From positions 4,192,001 through 4,256,000 of the forward strand of contig OY970166.1 of NCBI GenBank assembly GCA_963706595.1: a DNA stretch of 64,000 bases, in the 5' to 3' direction. Below, piece by piece: positions 29,899 through 41,510 of this stretch. This stretch comes from an uncultured cyanobacterium (GTDB lineage Bacteria > Cyanobacteriota > Cyanobacteriia > Cyanobacteriales > Nostocaceae). Each line of letters begins with the position of its first letter. Position 1 is the stretch's first letter. The position numbers and the translations under genes are program-made. Under the pieces are notes generated by a model. It did not search any database and was not told the DNA's origin. It was given only the letters and a program-made list of their open reading frames with translations.

Positions 29899-32427
29899 AT
29901 GATGACATCTCCAGAAACGGTTATATGGCTACAAGAACGCACACCTTTAGGAATTCTCTCACCTGGGGTGCTAGATGCGATCGCTCAAGTCATTGAGGAA
30001 AAATTTTTCCCAGCCGGAAGTAGTTTAGTTAGTGAAGGTACTGCCCCAGAAGCACTTTACATTCTGCAACAAGGGCAACTCGAAAGCAAGACCAGCAATC
30101 AAAATAACCCCGCCTTAGCCTGTGGTCTTCTACCTGGGGCAATTGTTCAACTCAAGGAATTACTCTTAGATGAGTTAACCCCAAGCACAATTACCACTAT
30201 AACTGAATGTCAGTTCTGGGTGATATCTGCTGCTCAATTTCGCGCATTAGTTGCCCAATACCCAGAAATCGCTCAGGCTTTTTCTCGTTTACTAGCTCAA
30301 GAATTAGCCGAGGTGACATCTGCACTTGGCTATGAACAAGAACGGGCTGTAGCCTTACGACCATATTTAGTTACCAAAGCCCAACGAGGAATTGTCGGTA
30401 CAAGTCGCTATGCTGTGCGTCTGCGTGAGCAAATTAGAACAGCAGCAAGCACAGGTGAATCTGTAGAAATTTTTGGGGAACCTGGCTTAGAAAAAGACAA
30501 TATAGCCGCCCTAATTCACTACGGTTCACCGAAAAGGCGAGAAGCGATTATTAAGGTCAATTGTGGAATTCTCCAAACGAGCGGCATGGATTTATTCGGT
30601 CGCGCTGGTGGTAAGCCCGGACTGTTAGAATGGCTAGGGTCAGGCACTATTGTTTTTAACAACATCCAAGAATTGCCTCCAGAATTATTACCGTCTGTAG
30701 CACAGTTACTAAAAACAGGCAAATATACTCCCGTGACTCGTTCGGGAGAACCAGCTGCCCAACCTCGCCCCTGTAAAGCCCGTGTGATCATTGTTTCCGA
30801 AAAAACACAATCGGACATTGAACAGTGCGTTGGTTGTGTGATTAAAGTGCCGCCGCTACGGGTACGGAAAACAGATATTCAAGCCCAAGTAGAATATTAC
30901 ACCAGTCTTTATATTCGCGGGAAGGGTCTTTCTAAACCGAAAATTACCCCAGAAGCTTTGCGGCGCTTACAGTCTTACGATTTTCCCGGTAATCTCAAAG
31001 AATTAAAAAATCTTGTGGAACGGGCGATTGTGCAGGTAGGTGATGGACGGGAGTTAACAGAAGAAATATTTTGGTCAGCCCAAACGCAGAAAAAACAATT
31101 ACGTTTGAATCTGTTGAATGCTTATCCTGGGTTGCGGAAATTTCTGCGGAGTCCTTGGTGGCCAGACCGGATTAATTATGGTTTTACTTTCGCCGCGTTT
31201 GCTGTGATGATCGCCATTTTATTTATGGGACCGCAAACACGCGATCGCAATTTCATTTTAAACTTCTTTTGGGCTTGGTGGTGGCCTTTCTTTCTCTTTC
31301 TCTTCCCTTTCTTAGGTCGGATCTGGTGTTCTGTCTGTCCTTTTATGATCTACGGCGAAATTACCCAAAAACTTTCCCTCTGGCTGTTTCCGAGACAACT
31401 CAAAGGCTGGCCGAGACAACAAGCTGAAAAATGGGGCGGATGGTTCATTTTTGGACTATTTACCCTAATTTTCCTCTGGGAAGAACTCTGGGATTTACAA
31501 AATACTGCCTACCTTTCCGCTTGTTTACTACTGTTAATTACAGCTGGGGCGATGATTTTCTCAGCCATTTTTGAACGGCGGTTTTGGTGTCGGTATCTTT
31601 GCCCCATTGGCGGAATGAATGGTTTATTTGCTAAACTCTCGATGACGGAACTCCGGGCGCAGCAAGGTATCTGTTCGGCTTCTTGCAATACTTATCAGTG
31701 TTACAAAGGTGGTCCCGAAAAGGGCGAAGGAATGGAAACTAATGGCTGTCCGGTATATTCCCACCCCGCACAGTTACAAGATAATCGCGACTGTGTATTG
31801 TGTATGACTTGTCTCAAAGCTTGTCCCCATCGTTCCGTTGAGTTCAATTTACGTCCCCCGGCGATTGAACTGTGGACAACTCATACACCCCACAGCTATG
31901 AAGTGGCGTTGTTGTTTTTGCTATTGGGTGGAGTGTATCTGCATCGCTTACCAGAGTTACAGTCTTGGTTAGGTTTAGAAATCGATTTAAGTTTGTTTTG
32001 GCAGCATTTGGGATTATCTCTGCTAATTTTGCTCATCCCCACGGCTGTAATTTTTGGGGCTTACGGCTTGATGCAGTTAACTAAATTTGGGCGTAAACCT
32101 CGACCATTTCTGGAACTTACTTATGGTTATTTACCACTGGTGCTGGGGGGTAACTTAGCTCATTATTTGCGTTTGGGTTTGGGTGAAGCTGGGCGAATTT
32201 TACCTGTGACTTTGGCTACTTTTGGTTTAAATGGGGAACAATTACCAATTTTAGTAGCACATCCGGCTGTGATTGACTTTTTGCAAGGTGCTACTTTGAT
32301 TTTATCAGTGTTATTGACGATTATTTTAACCCAAAAAATCGCTCGTCAGCCTATAAGATCGCTCTTTTGGCAGCATCTCGCCGCTATTGGTTTGGGAGTT
32401 AGTATGTGGGCAATTATTGTTTCTTAA
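29899..32427 (+). CDS. cNMP-binding / sigma54-activator-like AAA / membrane 4Fe-4S (NapH/FixG-like) fusion protein
   Basis: N-terminal cNMP-like domain; GEPGLEKD, YDFPGNLKEL; GRIWCSVCP, RFWCRYLCP, CVLCMTCLKACP; many TM helices. Confidence 0.85.
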   Translation: MMTSPETVIWLQERTPLGILSPGVLDAIAQVIEEKFFPAGSSLVSEGTAPEALYILQQGQLESKTSNQNNPALACGLLPGAIVQLKELLLDELTPSTITTITECQFWVISAAQFRALVAQYPEIAQAFSRLLAQELAEVTSALGYEQERAVALRPYLVTKAQRGIVGTSRYAVRLREQIRTAASTGESVEIFGEPGLEKDNIAALIHYGSPKRREAIIKVNCGILQTSGMDLFGRAGGKPGLLEWLGSGTIVFNNIQELPPELLPSVAQLLKTGKYTPVTRSGEPAAQPRPCKARVIIVSEKTQSDIEQCVGCVIKVPPLRVRKTDIQAQVEYYTSLYIRGKGLSKPKITPEALRRLQSYDFPGNLKELKNLVERAIVQVGDGRELTEEIFWSAQTQKKQLRLNLLNAYPGLRKFLRSPWWPDRINYGFTFAAFAVMIAILFMGPQTRDRNFILNFFWAWWWPFFLFLFPFLGRIWCSVCPFMIYGEITQKLSLWLFPRQLKGWPRQQAEKWGGWFIFGLFTLIFLWEELWDLQNTAYLSACLLLLITAGAMIFSAIFERRFWCRYLCPIGGMNGLFAKLSMTELRAQQGICSASCNTYQCYKGGPEKGEGMETNGCPVYSHPAQLQDNRDCVLCMTCLKACPHRSVEFNLRPPAIELWTTHTPHSYEVALLFLLLGGVYLHRLPELQSWLGLEIDLSLFWQHLGLSLLILLIPTAVIFGAYGLMQLTKFGRKPRPFLELTYGYLPLVLGGNLAHYLRLGLGEAGRILPVTLATFGLNGEQLPILVAHPAVIDFLQGATLILSVLLTIILTQKIARQPIRSLFWQHLAAIGLGVSMWAIIVS

Positions 32428-32643
32428 ATAAAGCATAAAATAAAACTCCCACTCCTGCGCCCTCTCCTTACTAAGGAGAGGGTTGGGGTGAGGTTTCAAC
32501 AGCTTTCGTTGTTGCTATATTTTTAGGATCGGGACGGGAAAAATTGAGATGTTGTTATAAAAGCTGATATATATTTGTTGGTCAGTGTTAAATCAACAAT
32601 TGTCCAATTAAGAGCAATGTCTTTTTTGGACAAAAGTTAAATC

Positions 32644-32820
32644 TTAGAGGATACCCCAGAAGTGAAGGAAACCTTCACCAGAGAACACTTCAATTAAAGC
32701 TGCGGCTACAAAGCCGATCATTGCCAAACGACCGTTCCAATGTTCTGTTTGAGTGGTGAATCCCCACTTCCAAGCGTTGCGGCTCTCTGTAGCTGTGGTG
32801 GTAGCGGTTGTGCTTTTCAT
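32644..32820 (-). CDS. hli: High-light-inducible protein (Hlip/Scp), 58 aa
   Basis: Below ORF-track cutoff. [58 protein letters not shown]; ExxNGRxAM chlorophyll-binding motif. Confidence 0.93.
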   Translation of the reverse strand: MKSTTATTTATESRNAWKWGFTTQTEHWNGRLAMIGFVAAALIEVFSGEGFLHFWGIL

Positions 32821-32872
32821 GGTTAATACTCTCGGTAGGAGTTAGTACAGGTTTTTGTTTCCCCTATTAAGC

Positions 32873-32901
32873 AATGTAACAGAGATTTTAAAAAATGTAA
32901 C
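32873..32901 (-). promoter_or_regulatory. HLR1-like (RpaB) direct-repeat half-sites upstream of hli
   Basis: Two GTTACATT on the minus strand 21 bp apart, with a degenerate TTTAAAAT between them. Confidence 0.5.
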
Positions 32902-33040
32902 AAACAATTGCAAAAGAATTTTAAATACTTTCCATAGAAATCCTCGCTAATTGGCAAACACAAATATTGGCTCTGATCCCCGACAAAATTGAATTCGCCG
33001 GGGATCATTGAGGTGTCCAGTTATTGAGGATTTTTATAAT

Positions 33041-33952
33041 TTAATCTCTGTCTGTCTCTTCTTGATTACTGACTCTCTCGGCTATCCTCAACTTTGCCGA
33101 ACGCGATCGCGGATTACTCGCCAATTCTTCCTCTTCAGCAGTAATTGGCTTTTTTGTCAATACTTTTACTAAAGGAGAATTACGCAAACCATGCTTCACC
33201 GGGCGGTCTTCCAAACTATGAAAACTGATAATGGCAATGCGTCCCCCAGGAACCAAGGCGTTAGGTGCTTGATCTAAAAAGGTTTCTAAAGACTTTAACT
33301 CATCATTGACCACAATTCGCAAAGCTTGAAAAACCCTTGTAGCTGGATGAATGCGACCATAACGATATTGACGGGGGACAGAATAGGCGATCGCCTCAGC
33401 CAATTCTGTAGTAGTTTCAAATGGTCGTTTTTCGACAATCCGTCTCGCAATCCGCCGTGATAGTCGTTCCTCACCGTATTTAAAGAAAATATCTGCTAAT
33501 TCCTTCTCATCCCACTCATTAATCACATCAGCCGCCGTCAAAGACTGTTGCTGATTCATTCGCATATCCAGATTTGCCGCGTGGCGAAAGCTAAAACCCC
33601 GTTCTGGCTGGTCTAAATGGTAAGAACTTACACCCAAATCAGCCAGGATACCATCGAAAGTGTTAGGACTATATTTATAATCGCAAAAATTGCTGTGAAT
33701 AAACTCTACCCTGTCACCAAACTCAGCTAAATGCTTTTGCGCCGCCTCTAAAGCATCCTCATCTTGGTCAATAGCCGTTAGCCGCACATCGGTTGCAGCT
33801 TCTAAAATCAAGCGACTGTGACCACCACCGCCTACAGTTGCATCAAGATAATGTCCGCCAGGACGTACCGCCAACCCCTCAACGACCTCCTGGCTTAAAA
33901 CTGGCACATGAAGAAATTCAGCGCCTACAATTCCTTGGATCTCAAGCTCCAT
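33041..33952 (-). CDS. rsmH: 16S rRNA m4C1402 methyltransferase
   Basis: [57 protein letters not shown]. Confidence 0.97.
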   Translation of the reverse strand: MELEIQGIVGAEFLHVPVLSQEVVEGLAVRPGGHYLDATVGGGGHSRLILEAATDVRLTAIDQDEDALEAAQKHLAEFGDRVEFIHSNFCDYKYSPNTFDGILADLGVSSYHLDQPERGFSFRHAANLDMRMNQQQSLTAADVINEWDEKELADIFFKYGEERLSRRIARRIVEKRPFETTTELAEAIAYSVPRQYRYGRIHPATRVFQALRIVVNDELKSLETFLDQAPNALVPGGRIAIISFHSLEDRPVKHGLRNSPLVKVLTKKPITAEEEELASNPRSRSAKLRIAERVSNQEETDRD

Positions 33953-34172
33953 ATAATAGTTGAAGAAGTGAAACAAAATGAAACAGCAAGTAAAATCTCT
34001 TTGCTGCCACTCCTCTCCAACATACTCCTGTATGGGTGATAGATGTAGAAGCTTCTGTGGCGACTGCTCAAAAATATTTCCCTTACCTGATTTTGGCAGA
34101 CACGATTAATCGAGTCTGGTTGGCATTATGCGGCTCAAGTTAAAATTTTCATAACTGGAGAACAAGGAACTT

Positions 34173-35357
34173 ATGGCAAGATTAGAAACCCGCACCGAAC
34201 CTATGGTGCTGAATATGGGGCCACATCACCCCTCAATGCACGGGGTTTTGCGGTTAATTGTCACATTGGATGGCGAAGATGTCGTTGATTGTGAACCGGT
34301 AATTGGCTATTTGCACCGGGGAATGGAAAAAATTGCCGAAAACCGGACTACTGTCATGTACGTCCCCTACGTGAGTCGGTGGGACTACGCCGCCGGGATG
34401 TTTAACGAAGCAGTCACCGTTAACGCCCCGGAACAATTAGCAGGTGTAACCGTTCCCAAACGCGCCAGCTACATTCGCGTGATTATGCTGGAATTGAACC
34501 GAATTGCTAACCACTTACTCTGGTTTGGTCCCTTTCTCGCTGACGTAGGCGCGCAAACTCCCTTCTTCTACCAATTTAGAGAACGGGAAATGATTTATGA
34601 TTTGTGGGAAGCTGCCACAGGCTACCGGATGGTAAACCATAATTATTTCCGTGTGGGTGGCGTAGCAGTTGATTTACCCTATGGTTGGGTAGATAAATGT
34701 TTAGATTTCTGCGACTACTTATTACCCAAAGTTGACGAGTACGAACGTCTGGTAACAGATAACCCCATCTTCCGCCGTCGTGTTGAAGGTATTGGCACGA
34801 TTTCCCGTGAACAAGCAATTAACTGGGGATTATCTGGTCCCATGTTACGCGCCTCTGGGGTGAAATGGGATTTGCGGAAAGTTGACCATTACGAATGTTA
34901 CGACGATTTCGATTGGGACGTACAGTGGGAAACCGCCGGTGATTGCTTCGCCCGTTACGTAGTGCGGATGCGGGAAATGCGCGAATCTGTGAAAATTATT
35001 CGCCAAGCAATTAAAGGACTACCAGGAGGTCCCTACGAAAACCTCGAAGCCAAGCGGATGGCGGCGGGGAAAAAATCCGAATGGGATGCCTTTGACTACC
35101 AATACATCGCGAAAAAAGTTTCACCTACCTTTAAAATGCCCAAAGGTGAAATCTATTCCCGTGTGGAAAGCGGTAAAGGTGAACTAGGAATTTATCTAGT
35201 TGGCGATGACAACGGTTTCCCTTGGCGTTGGAAAATTCGCCCGGCTGATTTCAACAATCTGCAAATTGTCCCCGAATTACTAAAAGGGATGAAGGTTGCA
35301 GATATTGTCGTGATTCTCGGCAGTGTTGACGTAATTATGGGATCTGTAGATAGATAA
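34173..35357 (+). CDS. ndhH: NAD(P)H-quinone oxidoreductase subunit H
   Basis: [28 protein letters not shown]-terminal DVIMGSVDR. Confidence 0.98.
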   Translation: MARLETRTEPMVLNMGPHHPSMHGVLRLIVTLDGEDVVDCEPVIGYLHRGMEKIAENRTTVMYVPYVSRWDYAAGMFNEAVTVNAPEQLAGVTVPKRASYIRVIMLELNRIANHLLWFGPFLADVGAQTPFFYQFREREMIYDLWEAATGYRMVNHNYFRVGGVAVDLPYGWVDKCLDFCDYLLPKVDEYERLVTDNPIFRRRVEGIGTISREQAINWGLSGPMLRASGVKWDLRKVDHYECYDDFDWDVQWETAGDCFARYVVRMREMRESVKIIRQAIKGLPGGPYENLEAKRMAAGKKSEWDAFDYQYIAKKVSPTFKMPKGEIYSRVESGKGELGIYLVGDDNGFPWRWKIRPADFNNLQIVPELLKGMKVADIVVILGSVDVIMGSVDR

Positions 35358-35814
35358 GAGAGGGAGTAGGGAGTGGGGAGTGGGGAGTGGAGACTGTATC
35401 AAATACTTCTCTGTTTCTCACTCATCTCCCTCCTCAGATACTGACAAAAAAAAGAAACACCCAATAATCTAACAAAATAAACCTCTGATTTCTCGATTTT
35501 ATGGAAAAACGAACCGCCTTCTCTTACGAGACGCTACGCGTTAAGCGTAGCTATGCCGTAGGCTTTACGCGCAGCGTATGCCCCCAGGGCTTTAGACGCA
35601 AAGAACGCCAAGGTAAGAGGGTTTAATAGGTTTTTTACATCAGTTTTCTATGTTTTTACCAAGTTGGGATGCTCCCCAACCTAACCTACGAATATGTTAT
35701 TTATTCAGAGTAATAAAAGAGCCGTAATTTCTTAAGAATCCCCAATACTCCAGTAAAAGACACTCAAACTATTAATATGAAAAACGTTAGCCTATTCAAA
35801 CCCAGTAACTAACC

Positions 35815-37377
35815 GTGCCATCCATGCCTCTGTCGCGCATAGTCACGCTAATTGTTGGTTTAATTGTCATTTTGGCATTAAGCCTGTGGCTGATTGACTC
35901 TCTCTCTCGGCTTTACTGGCAGTTGTCTTATTCTCCACTGCTGGGCAATTTGCTGTTGCTGTTGCTGGTTTTATTAATTGGGGGCTTGGTTGCAGCTTTT
36001 GTTTATTATTTATTCATCCTGCAATCAGGGGAAAAAAAATCGCGCCGCCAACGCCGAAGAGTTACAGCCGCAGAAATTCCCGCCGCTAAATCTGATGCAG
36101 CTTCCACAACTCTGCAAGCTGTGAAGCAACAGGTAGCCCAAATTCAAGATGAAGTCGCCCGACAAGCTTTATTAAGTAAATCACGGGAAATTGAAGTCAA
36201 TCTGGCACGGGGTGAAATTCAAGTGGTTGTATTTGGCACAGGAAGCGCTGGTAAAACTTCCCTCGTTAATGCCATTATGGGGCGCATGGTGGGTCAAGTG
36301 AATGCGCCAATGGGAACTACCCAAGTGGGGGAAACCTATTGTTTGCGGTTGAAGGGTTTAGAACGGAAGATTTTAATTACAGATACGCCAGGGATTTTAG
36401 AAGCCGGGGTGGCGGGAACCGAACGGGAACAATTAGCGAGAGAATTGGCAACTTCCGCCGATTTACTGCTGTTTGTGGTGGATAATGACTTGCGCCGTTC
36501 TGAATATGAACCACTACGCAGTTTAGCCGAAATTGGCAAGCGATCGCTCCTCGTTCTCAACAAAACAGATTTATATACAGATGAGGATACAGAATCAATT
36601 CTCGCCCGGTTGCGTCAACGAGTCAAGGGATTTATTGCGCCGAATGATGTGGTGGCGATCGCCGGGAATCCCCAACCTGCACAGCTAGAAACTGGCGAAA
36701 TCTTCCATCCAGAACCAGATATAATTCCCCTTTTGCGGCGCATGGCTGCCATTTTACGGGCTGAAGGTGAAGATTTGGTCGCAGATAACATTCTCCTGCA
36801 ATCGCTACGGTTAGGAGAAGAAGCCCGAAATCTGATTGATATTCAGCGTCGTCGTCAAGCTGACAAAATAGTTGATCGCTTTCAATGGATTGGTGCTGGT
36901 GTGGTATCGGTTACGCCTCTCCCAGTTGTGGATTTATTAGCAACCGCCGCCGTTAATGCTCAAATGGTAGTAGAAATTGGGAGAATATACGGTTGTGAAT
37001 TGAACATGGAACGTGGGAAAGAATTAGCTCTTTCTTTAGGCAAAACCATCGCTAGTTTAGGTATAGTTAAAGGCGCAATTCAACTAATATCTACTGCTTT
37101 GCAATTTCACGTAGCTACCTTTGTCATTGGTAGGGCAATTCAAGGTGTGACAGTAGCTTATTTAACGCGTATTGCTGGTAAAAGTTTTATTGAATACTTT
37201 CGCCATGACCAAGATTGGGGTGATGGTGGTATGACCGAGGTAGTAAAAGAACAGTTTAAACTCAATCGTCGGGATGAATTTATTAAGACTTTTGTCCAAG
37301 AGGCGATCGCCCGCGTGGTAAAACCTTTAACAAATAACTCTGAAGTGATTGAACAGGAAGAAGAAGCCAAAAATTAA
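35815..37377 (+). CDS. Membrane-anchored Era-like GTPase with DUF697 (YcjF-like) domain
   Basis: Two N-terminal TMs; GTGSAGKTS, DTPG, NKTD; PLPVVDLL. Confidence 0.85.
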   Translation: MPSMPLSRIVTLIVGLIVILALSLWLIDSLSRLYWQLSYSPLLGNLLLLLLVLLIGGLVAAFVYYLFILQSGEKKSRRQRRRVTAAEIPAAKSDAASTTLQAVKQQVAQIQDEVARQALLSKSREIEVNLARGEIQVVVFGTGSAGKTSLVNAIMGRMVGQVNAPMGTTQVGETYCLRLKGLERKILITDTPGILEAGVAGTEREQLARELATSADLLLFVVDNDLRRSEYEPLRSLAEIGKRSLLVLNKTDLYTDEDTESILARLRQRVKGFIAPNDVVAIAGNPQPAQLETGEIFHPEPDIIPLLRRMAAILRAEGEDLVADNILLQSLRLGEEARNLIDIQRRRQADKIVDRFQWIGAGVVSVTPLPVVDLLATAAVNAQMVVEIGRIYGCELNMERGKELALSLGKTIASLGIVKGAIQLISTALQFHVATFVIGRAIQGVTVAYLTRIAGKSFIEYFRHDQDWGDGGMTEVVKEQFKLNRRDEFIKTFVQEAIARVVKPLTNNSEVIEQEEEAKN

Positions 37378-37523
37378 CATAAAAATTGGATTTTTTAGCT
37401 CAATTCCTGTCAATAACTAACTTGCTTTTTAGAAAGTGACGCTGCAATAATATATTTTCCAGGCTTCCGGAAAAACTGGTGAAATCAGGAAACCTATATA
37501 AGGACTTATTCAGTAACTAGCTC

Positions 37524-39281
37524 ATGAACCATCACATGATCGGTCGAGTAATACAAGCACGTTACAAAATTCTTCAGAGCTTAGGTGCAGGGGTATTTGG
37601 ACATACATACATTGCTGTAGATATGGATAACCCAGAAAACTCTAAATGTGTGATTAAAAACCTCATATCTAACAGTTTCCCCCCCAGCTACTTAGACACC
37701 TTAAAGTTATGCTTTCTCACAGAAACAGCAACTCTCCACAGTCTGGGAAGCCATTCCCAAATTCCCCAATTAATCACCTGCTTTCAAGAAAATGAGCAAT
37801 CCTATCTAGTACAAGAGTTTATAGAAGGACACTCATTGAGTGAAGAATTACCCATCAACCAATATTGGCGATGTGTTTGGAGTGAGATAGAAGTTGTGGA
37901 ATTGTTAGAAGATGTCTTGGGGATTTTAGAATTTGTTCACTCCCAAGGCGTTATCCATGGCGATATTAAACCAGAAAACTTAATTAGACGTAGTGTTGAT
38001 AACAAGTTAGTTTTAATTGACTTCGGTTCCATTCAGTCAGTTAGTTTGGGCTTAGATGGGGAATTGCCTATTTATGAAATTCCTGTCACCTCCCTGGGAT
38101 ACATACCGCCAGAGCAATTTATTGGTCAAACACAGCCTAACAGTGATATTTATGCTTTGGGTATGATTGCCATTCAAGCTTTAACAGGGCGAGAACCACT
38201 GCAATTAAAAGTAAATCCTCAAACTAAAGAGATGATCTGGCGGACTCCAGATATATTAGTTAATGATTATTTAGCTGCTATTCTTAGTCAAATGATTTGC
38301 TATGATTACCAAGACCGCTTTCAGTCTGCGGGTGAGGTACTGCATATACTCAAACAAATAGTGGGGGAAAGTGGAATTCAGCCCGTTGCTGAAATACAAC
38401 AGGATGTAGATCAACAGACAACAGTAGAAAGTGACGATACACATCAAGGATTTAAAGGTAAATTATCTTCACTACTGACAGGAATGAAAGTCGGCTTTGC
38501 GGCTAATTCTTTATTGATGGGATTGGGAGTATATTCGATCATGAATAATTCTCCAGGATATTCAGAAACAGAAACTTTATATAAAGCCACAGAAGAATAT
38601 CAAACTGGAGATTTACAAAAAGCCCTGGCTTTAGTTAAATCAATTCCTGCTTACAGTAATGTTTATCCAGAGGCTCAAGCAACAATTGAAGAATGGCAGC
38701 AGCAATGGCAATTTGCCGCCAAACAATATCAAATAGCTGAACAAGCTTTAAATGATGGTCGATGGTCGGATGTATTAGATGTTGCTCCAAAAGTACCAGA
38801 TATTTTATATTGGCAATCGAAAGTAGATAAACTGGTGCAAAAAAGCAAACTCAACATTGAAATACAAACATACAAGTTGTTAGCACAAGCTTACGAAAAA
38901 GCTGCAAATAGAGAATTTTCAAATGCTATAGAATATCTGCGTCAAATTCCTCCAGAAAGTTCTGCTGGTGCCTTAGTTCAAGAAAAATTGGCTGAATACA
39001 ATAAAAAGCGGCAAATTAGAGCAGCTTATTTTTTACATAATGCTAATATCAAAGCATCTATTGGTGACTTTAATGGGGCTGTCAAAATTCTTCGCAAAGT
39101 GCCTAAAAATACTCCTGTTTACGCTCAAGCTCAGATTAAACTAAATGAATATACTCAAGAACAGCAACTACAAATTAAAAATAGAAATTTGGCGTTAAAT
39201 TCCTTTGATGCTCAAAAATTAACGCATAAAAATGAAAATTTTCATTCAGAAAATCATCTGCAAGAGGTGAATATTCGTTAG
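37524..39281 (+). CDS. Ser/Thr kinase-like protein (non-RD) with TM and helical-repeat C-terminus
   Basis: LGAGVFG, CVIK, HGDIKPEN, DFG, GYIPPEQ. Confidence 0.85.
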   Translation: MNHHMIGRVIQARYKILQSLGAGVFGHTYIAVDMDNPENSKCVIKNLISNSFPPSYLDTLKLCFLTETATLHSLGSHSQIPQLITCFQENEQSYLVQEFIEGHSLSEELPINQYWRCVWSEIEVVELLEDVLGILEFVHSQGVIHGDIKPENLIRRSVDNKLVLIDFGSIQSVSLGLDGELPIYEIPVTSLGYIPPEQFIGQTQPNSDIYALGMIAIQALTGREPLQLKVNPQTKEMIWRTPDILVNDYLAAILSQMICYDYQDRFQSAGEVLHILKQIVGESGIQPVAEIQQDVDQQTTVESDDTHQGFKGKLSSLLTGMKVGFAANSLLMGLGVYSIMNNSPGYSETETLYKATEEYQTGDLQKALALVKSIPAYSNVYPEAQATIEEWQQQWQFAAKQYQIAEQALNDGRWSDVLDVAPKVPDILYWQSKVDKLVQKSKLNIEIQTYKLLAQAYEKAANREFSNAIEYLRQIPPESSAGALVQEKLAEYNKKRQIRAAYFLHNANIKASIGDFNGAVKILRKVPKNTPVYAQAQIKLNEYTQEQQLQIKNRNLALNSFDAQKLTHKNENFHSENHLQEVNIR

Positions 39282-39386
39282 TGGGGAGTGGGGAGTGGGG
39301 AGTGGGGAGTGGGGAAAAGAGGAACGGGTGCAGGGGGCAGGGGAGAAGAAGAACGGTTGTTAAGTAACCGGAATTTTATCTGGGGA

Positions 39387-41510
39387 TTAGTTTTCAGAAT
39401 TGCGAATAGTTGGGACAATTATAGAGTCTGGTTTTTTAACGGATAATTCGCTTTGGGCTTGGTTACGGGCGTTAATTGCTTCTCGATAATTTGGCTGGTA
39501 CTTTATGGCTTGGTCATAAGATTTGATTGCTTCTGGATATCGTTGCAAATTCAATAAAGCATTGCCTCTGCTGTACCAACTTTCCGCATGATTGGTTTTA
39601 TAACGAACGGCTTTGTCGTAAGATGCGATCGCCTGCTGATATTTCTGTAAAATATATTGAGAATTACCTAAATTATACCAAATTTGATAATCATTTGCTT
39701 TAATCGCGGCGGCTTTAGTATAAGACTCTATCGCTTCTTCATAGCGTTGGCTTTGATGCAATGCCCAACCCCGACTATACCATGATTGATAATCATTGGG
39801 TTTATATTTAATTGCTTGATTATAAGATTCAATTGCTTGGGGATAGCGTTGTAAAGTAATTAAAATATTACTGCGAGAAAACCAAGCTGGGTAAAAATTT
39901 GGTCTGTATTGTACTGCTTTATCATAAGCTGCCAAAGCATGATCAAATCGATTTAAATTATAGAAAGCATTGCCGAGACTATACCAAGCTTGCCCATAGT
40001 CTGGCTTAAATTCAATCGCTGTTTCGTAAGCGGTAATGGCATCATCATATTGCTTTAATTTATGAAATGCTAACCCCTTACTATACCAAGCTTGATAATA
40101 ATTAGGTTGAAATTCTAGAGCTTTGTCATAAGCTTGAATGGCATTATTATATTGCTGCAAAATACTGAAAACTTCTCCTTTAGCATTCCAGACATCTGGA
40201 GAATTATCATCTAATTGTAACGCTTTATCAAAAGCAGCGATCGCTTCGGGATAGCGTTGTAAATTTCGCAGGACAAAACCTCGACCACTCCATGCTTCTA
40301 CATAGTCTGGCTGAATTTGAATGGCTTGGTCATAAGCGGTCAACGCCTCCTCATATTTTTTTAATTCCGACAGAGTTTTACCTTGTCCACTCCATCCCGG
40401 AACATAATCTGGACTAATATTTACTGCCTCTTGATAAGCGGCTAGGGCATCTTGATAGCGCTGTAATTCAAACAGTGTACTTCCTTGTTGCGATAGTGCG
40501 ATCGCATTATTAGCATTAATACTATTAACAACAAATACAGATCCTATACCACTAACTCCAATTAAAAATATTGCTGATGAAAGCTTAATAAATATATCTT
40601 TTTTGTATTTATTAAATTTAAAACTTTTCCGTAGTGGGTCGGGTTGGAGTGGCAAGGCAGGACTCACAACTATAGTCCCAGATGATGGTGGCATTAATTC
40701 TTGCAACTTTTGCAATGCCACAGTTGCCGAAGCGTAACGTTGTCGGAAATCATAACGCACCATTGTATCGATAAATTCCGCCAATTCTGGGGACACACTC
40801 GCCTGATTTTGCCAGATAATTTCATTAGAATCAATATCAATTTCTAGCTGGTTGGGTGATAATCCTGTCAGGGCTTGAATGGCAATTATTCCCACAGCAT
40901 AGATATCACTGCTAAACTTTGGTGTACCCTGGGCTTGTTCTCCGGGTAAATATCCCGGAGTTCCAATAGCAACAGTGGATTTAGTTTGTCCTCCAGGGCT
41001 AATTATCTGAGTAACGATTTGCTTAACTGCCCCAAAGTCAATTAAAACTAACTTGCCATCTTCCTCGCGTCTGAGTAAATTTCGCGGGTTAACATCGCGG
41101 TGAATTACCTTCTCTTGGTGAACAAATTCTAAAATTGACAAAATTTCTTGAACAAGAGAAATCACCTCTTCTGGACTGAAGATTTTTCCTGCTGCTAACT
41201 CCGTACTGAGGTCATGACCGGCGATGAATTCCTGTACCAAATAGAATTCCGCATTTTCTTCAAAGTACGCCAACAATTGGGGGATCTGGTCATGAATCCC
41301 TAATTTATACAGAACTTGCGCTTCTGTATCGAATAAACGTCTAGCTGTCTCCAAGTTTAAGGGGTCAGTGGCTTGGGGTTTGAGTTTCTTGACAACACAC
41401 TGAGGTAATCCCGGCAAGTGAGTATCACAAGCCACAAAAGTTTCACCAAATCCCCCATCTCCCAAGTGGCTAATAATTTGGTATCTTCCAACAAGTGTGT
41501 TTCCCAGCAT
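39387..41510 (-). CDS. Ser/Thr kinase with TM and TPR repeats
   Basis: GDGGFG, CVVK, HRDVNPRN, DFG, GTPGY; about ten W..RG..L..L.RY.EA...YD.A TPRs. Confidence 0.93.
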   Translation of the reverse strand: MLGNTLVGRYQIISHLGDGGFGETFVACDTHLPGLPQCVVKKLKPQATDPLNLETARRLFDTEAQVLYKLGIHDQIPQLLAYFEENAEFYLVQEFIAGHDLSTELAAGKIFSPEEVISLVQEILSILEFVHQEKVIHRDVNPRNLLRREEDGKLVLIDFGAVKQIVTQIISPGGQTKSTVAIGTPGYLPGEQAQGTPKFSSDIYAVGIIAIQALTGLSPNQLEIDIDSNEIIWQNQASVSPELAEFIDTMVRYDFRQRYASATVALQKLQELMPPSSGTIVVSPALPLQPDPLRKSFKFNKYKKDIFIKLSSAIFLIGVSGIGSVFVVNSINANNAIALSQQGSTLFELQRYQDALAAYQEAVNISPDYVPGWSGQGKTLSELKKYEEALTAYDQAIQIQPDYVEAWSGRGFVLRNLQRYPEAIAAFDKALQLDDNSPDVWNAKGEVFSILQQYNNAIQAYDKALEFQPNYYQAWYSKGLAFHKLKQYDDAITAYETAIEFKPDYGQAWYSLGNAFYNLNRFDHALAAYDKAVQYRPNFYPAWFSRSNILITLQRYPQAIESYNQAIKYKPNDYQSWYSRGWALHQSQRYEEAIESYTKAAAIKANDYQIWYNLGNSQYILQKYQQAIASYDKAVRYKTNHAESWYSRGNALLNLQRYPEAIKSYDQAIKYQPNYREAINARNQAQSELSVKKPDSIIVPTIRNSEN

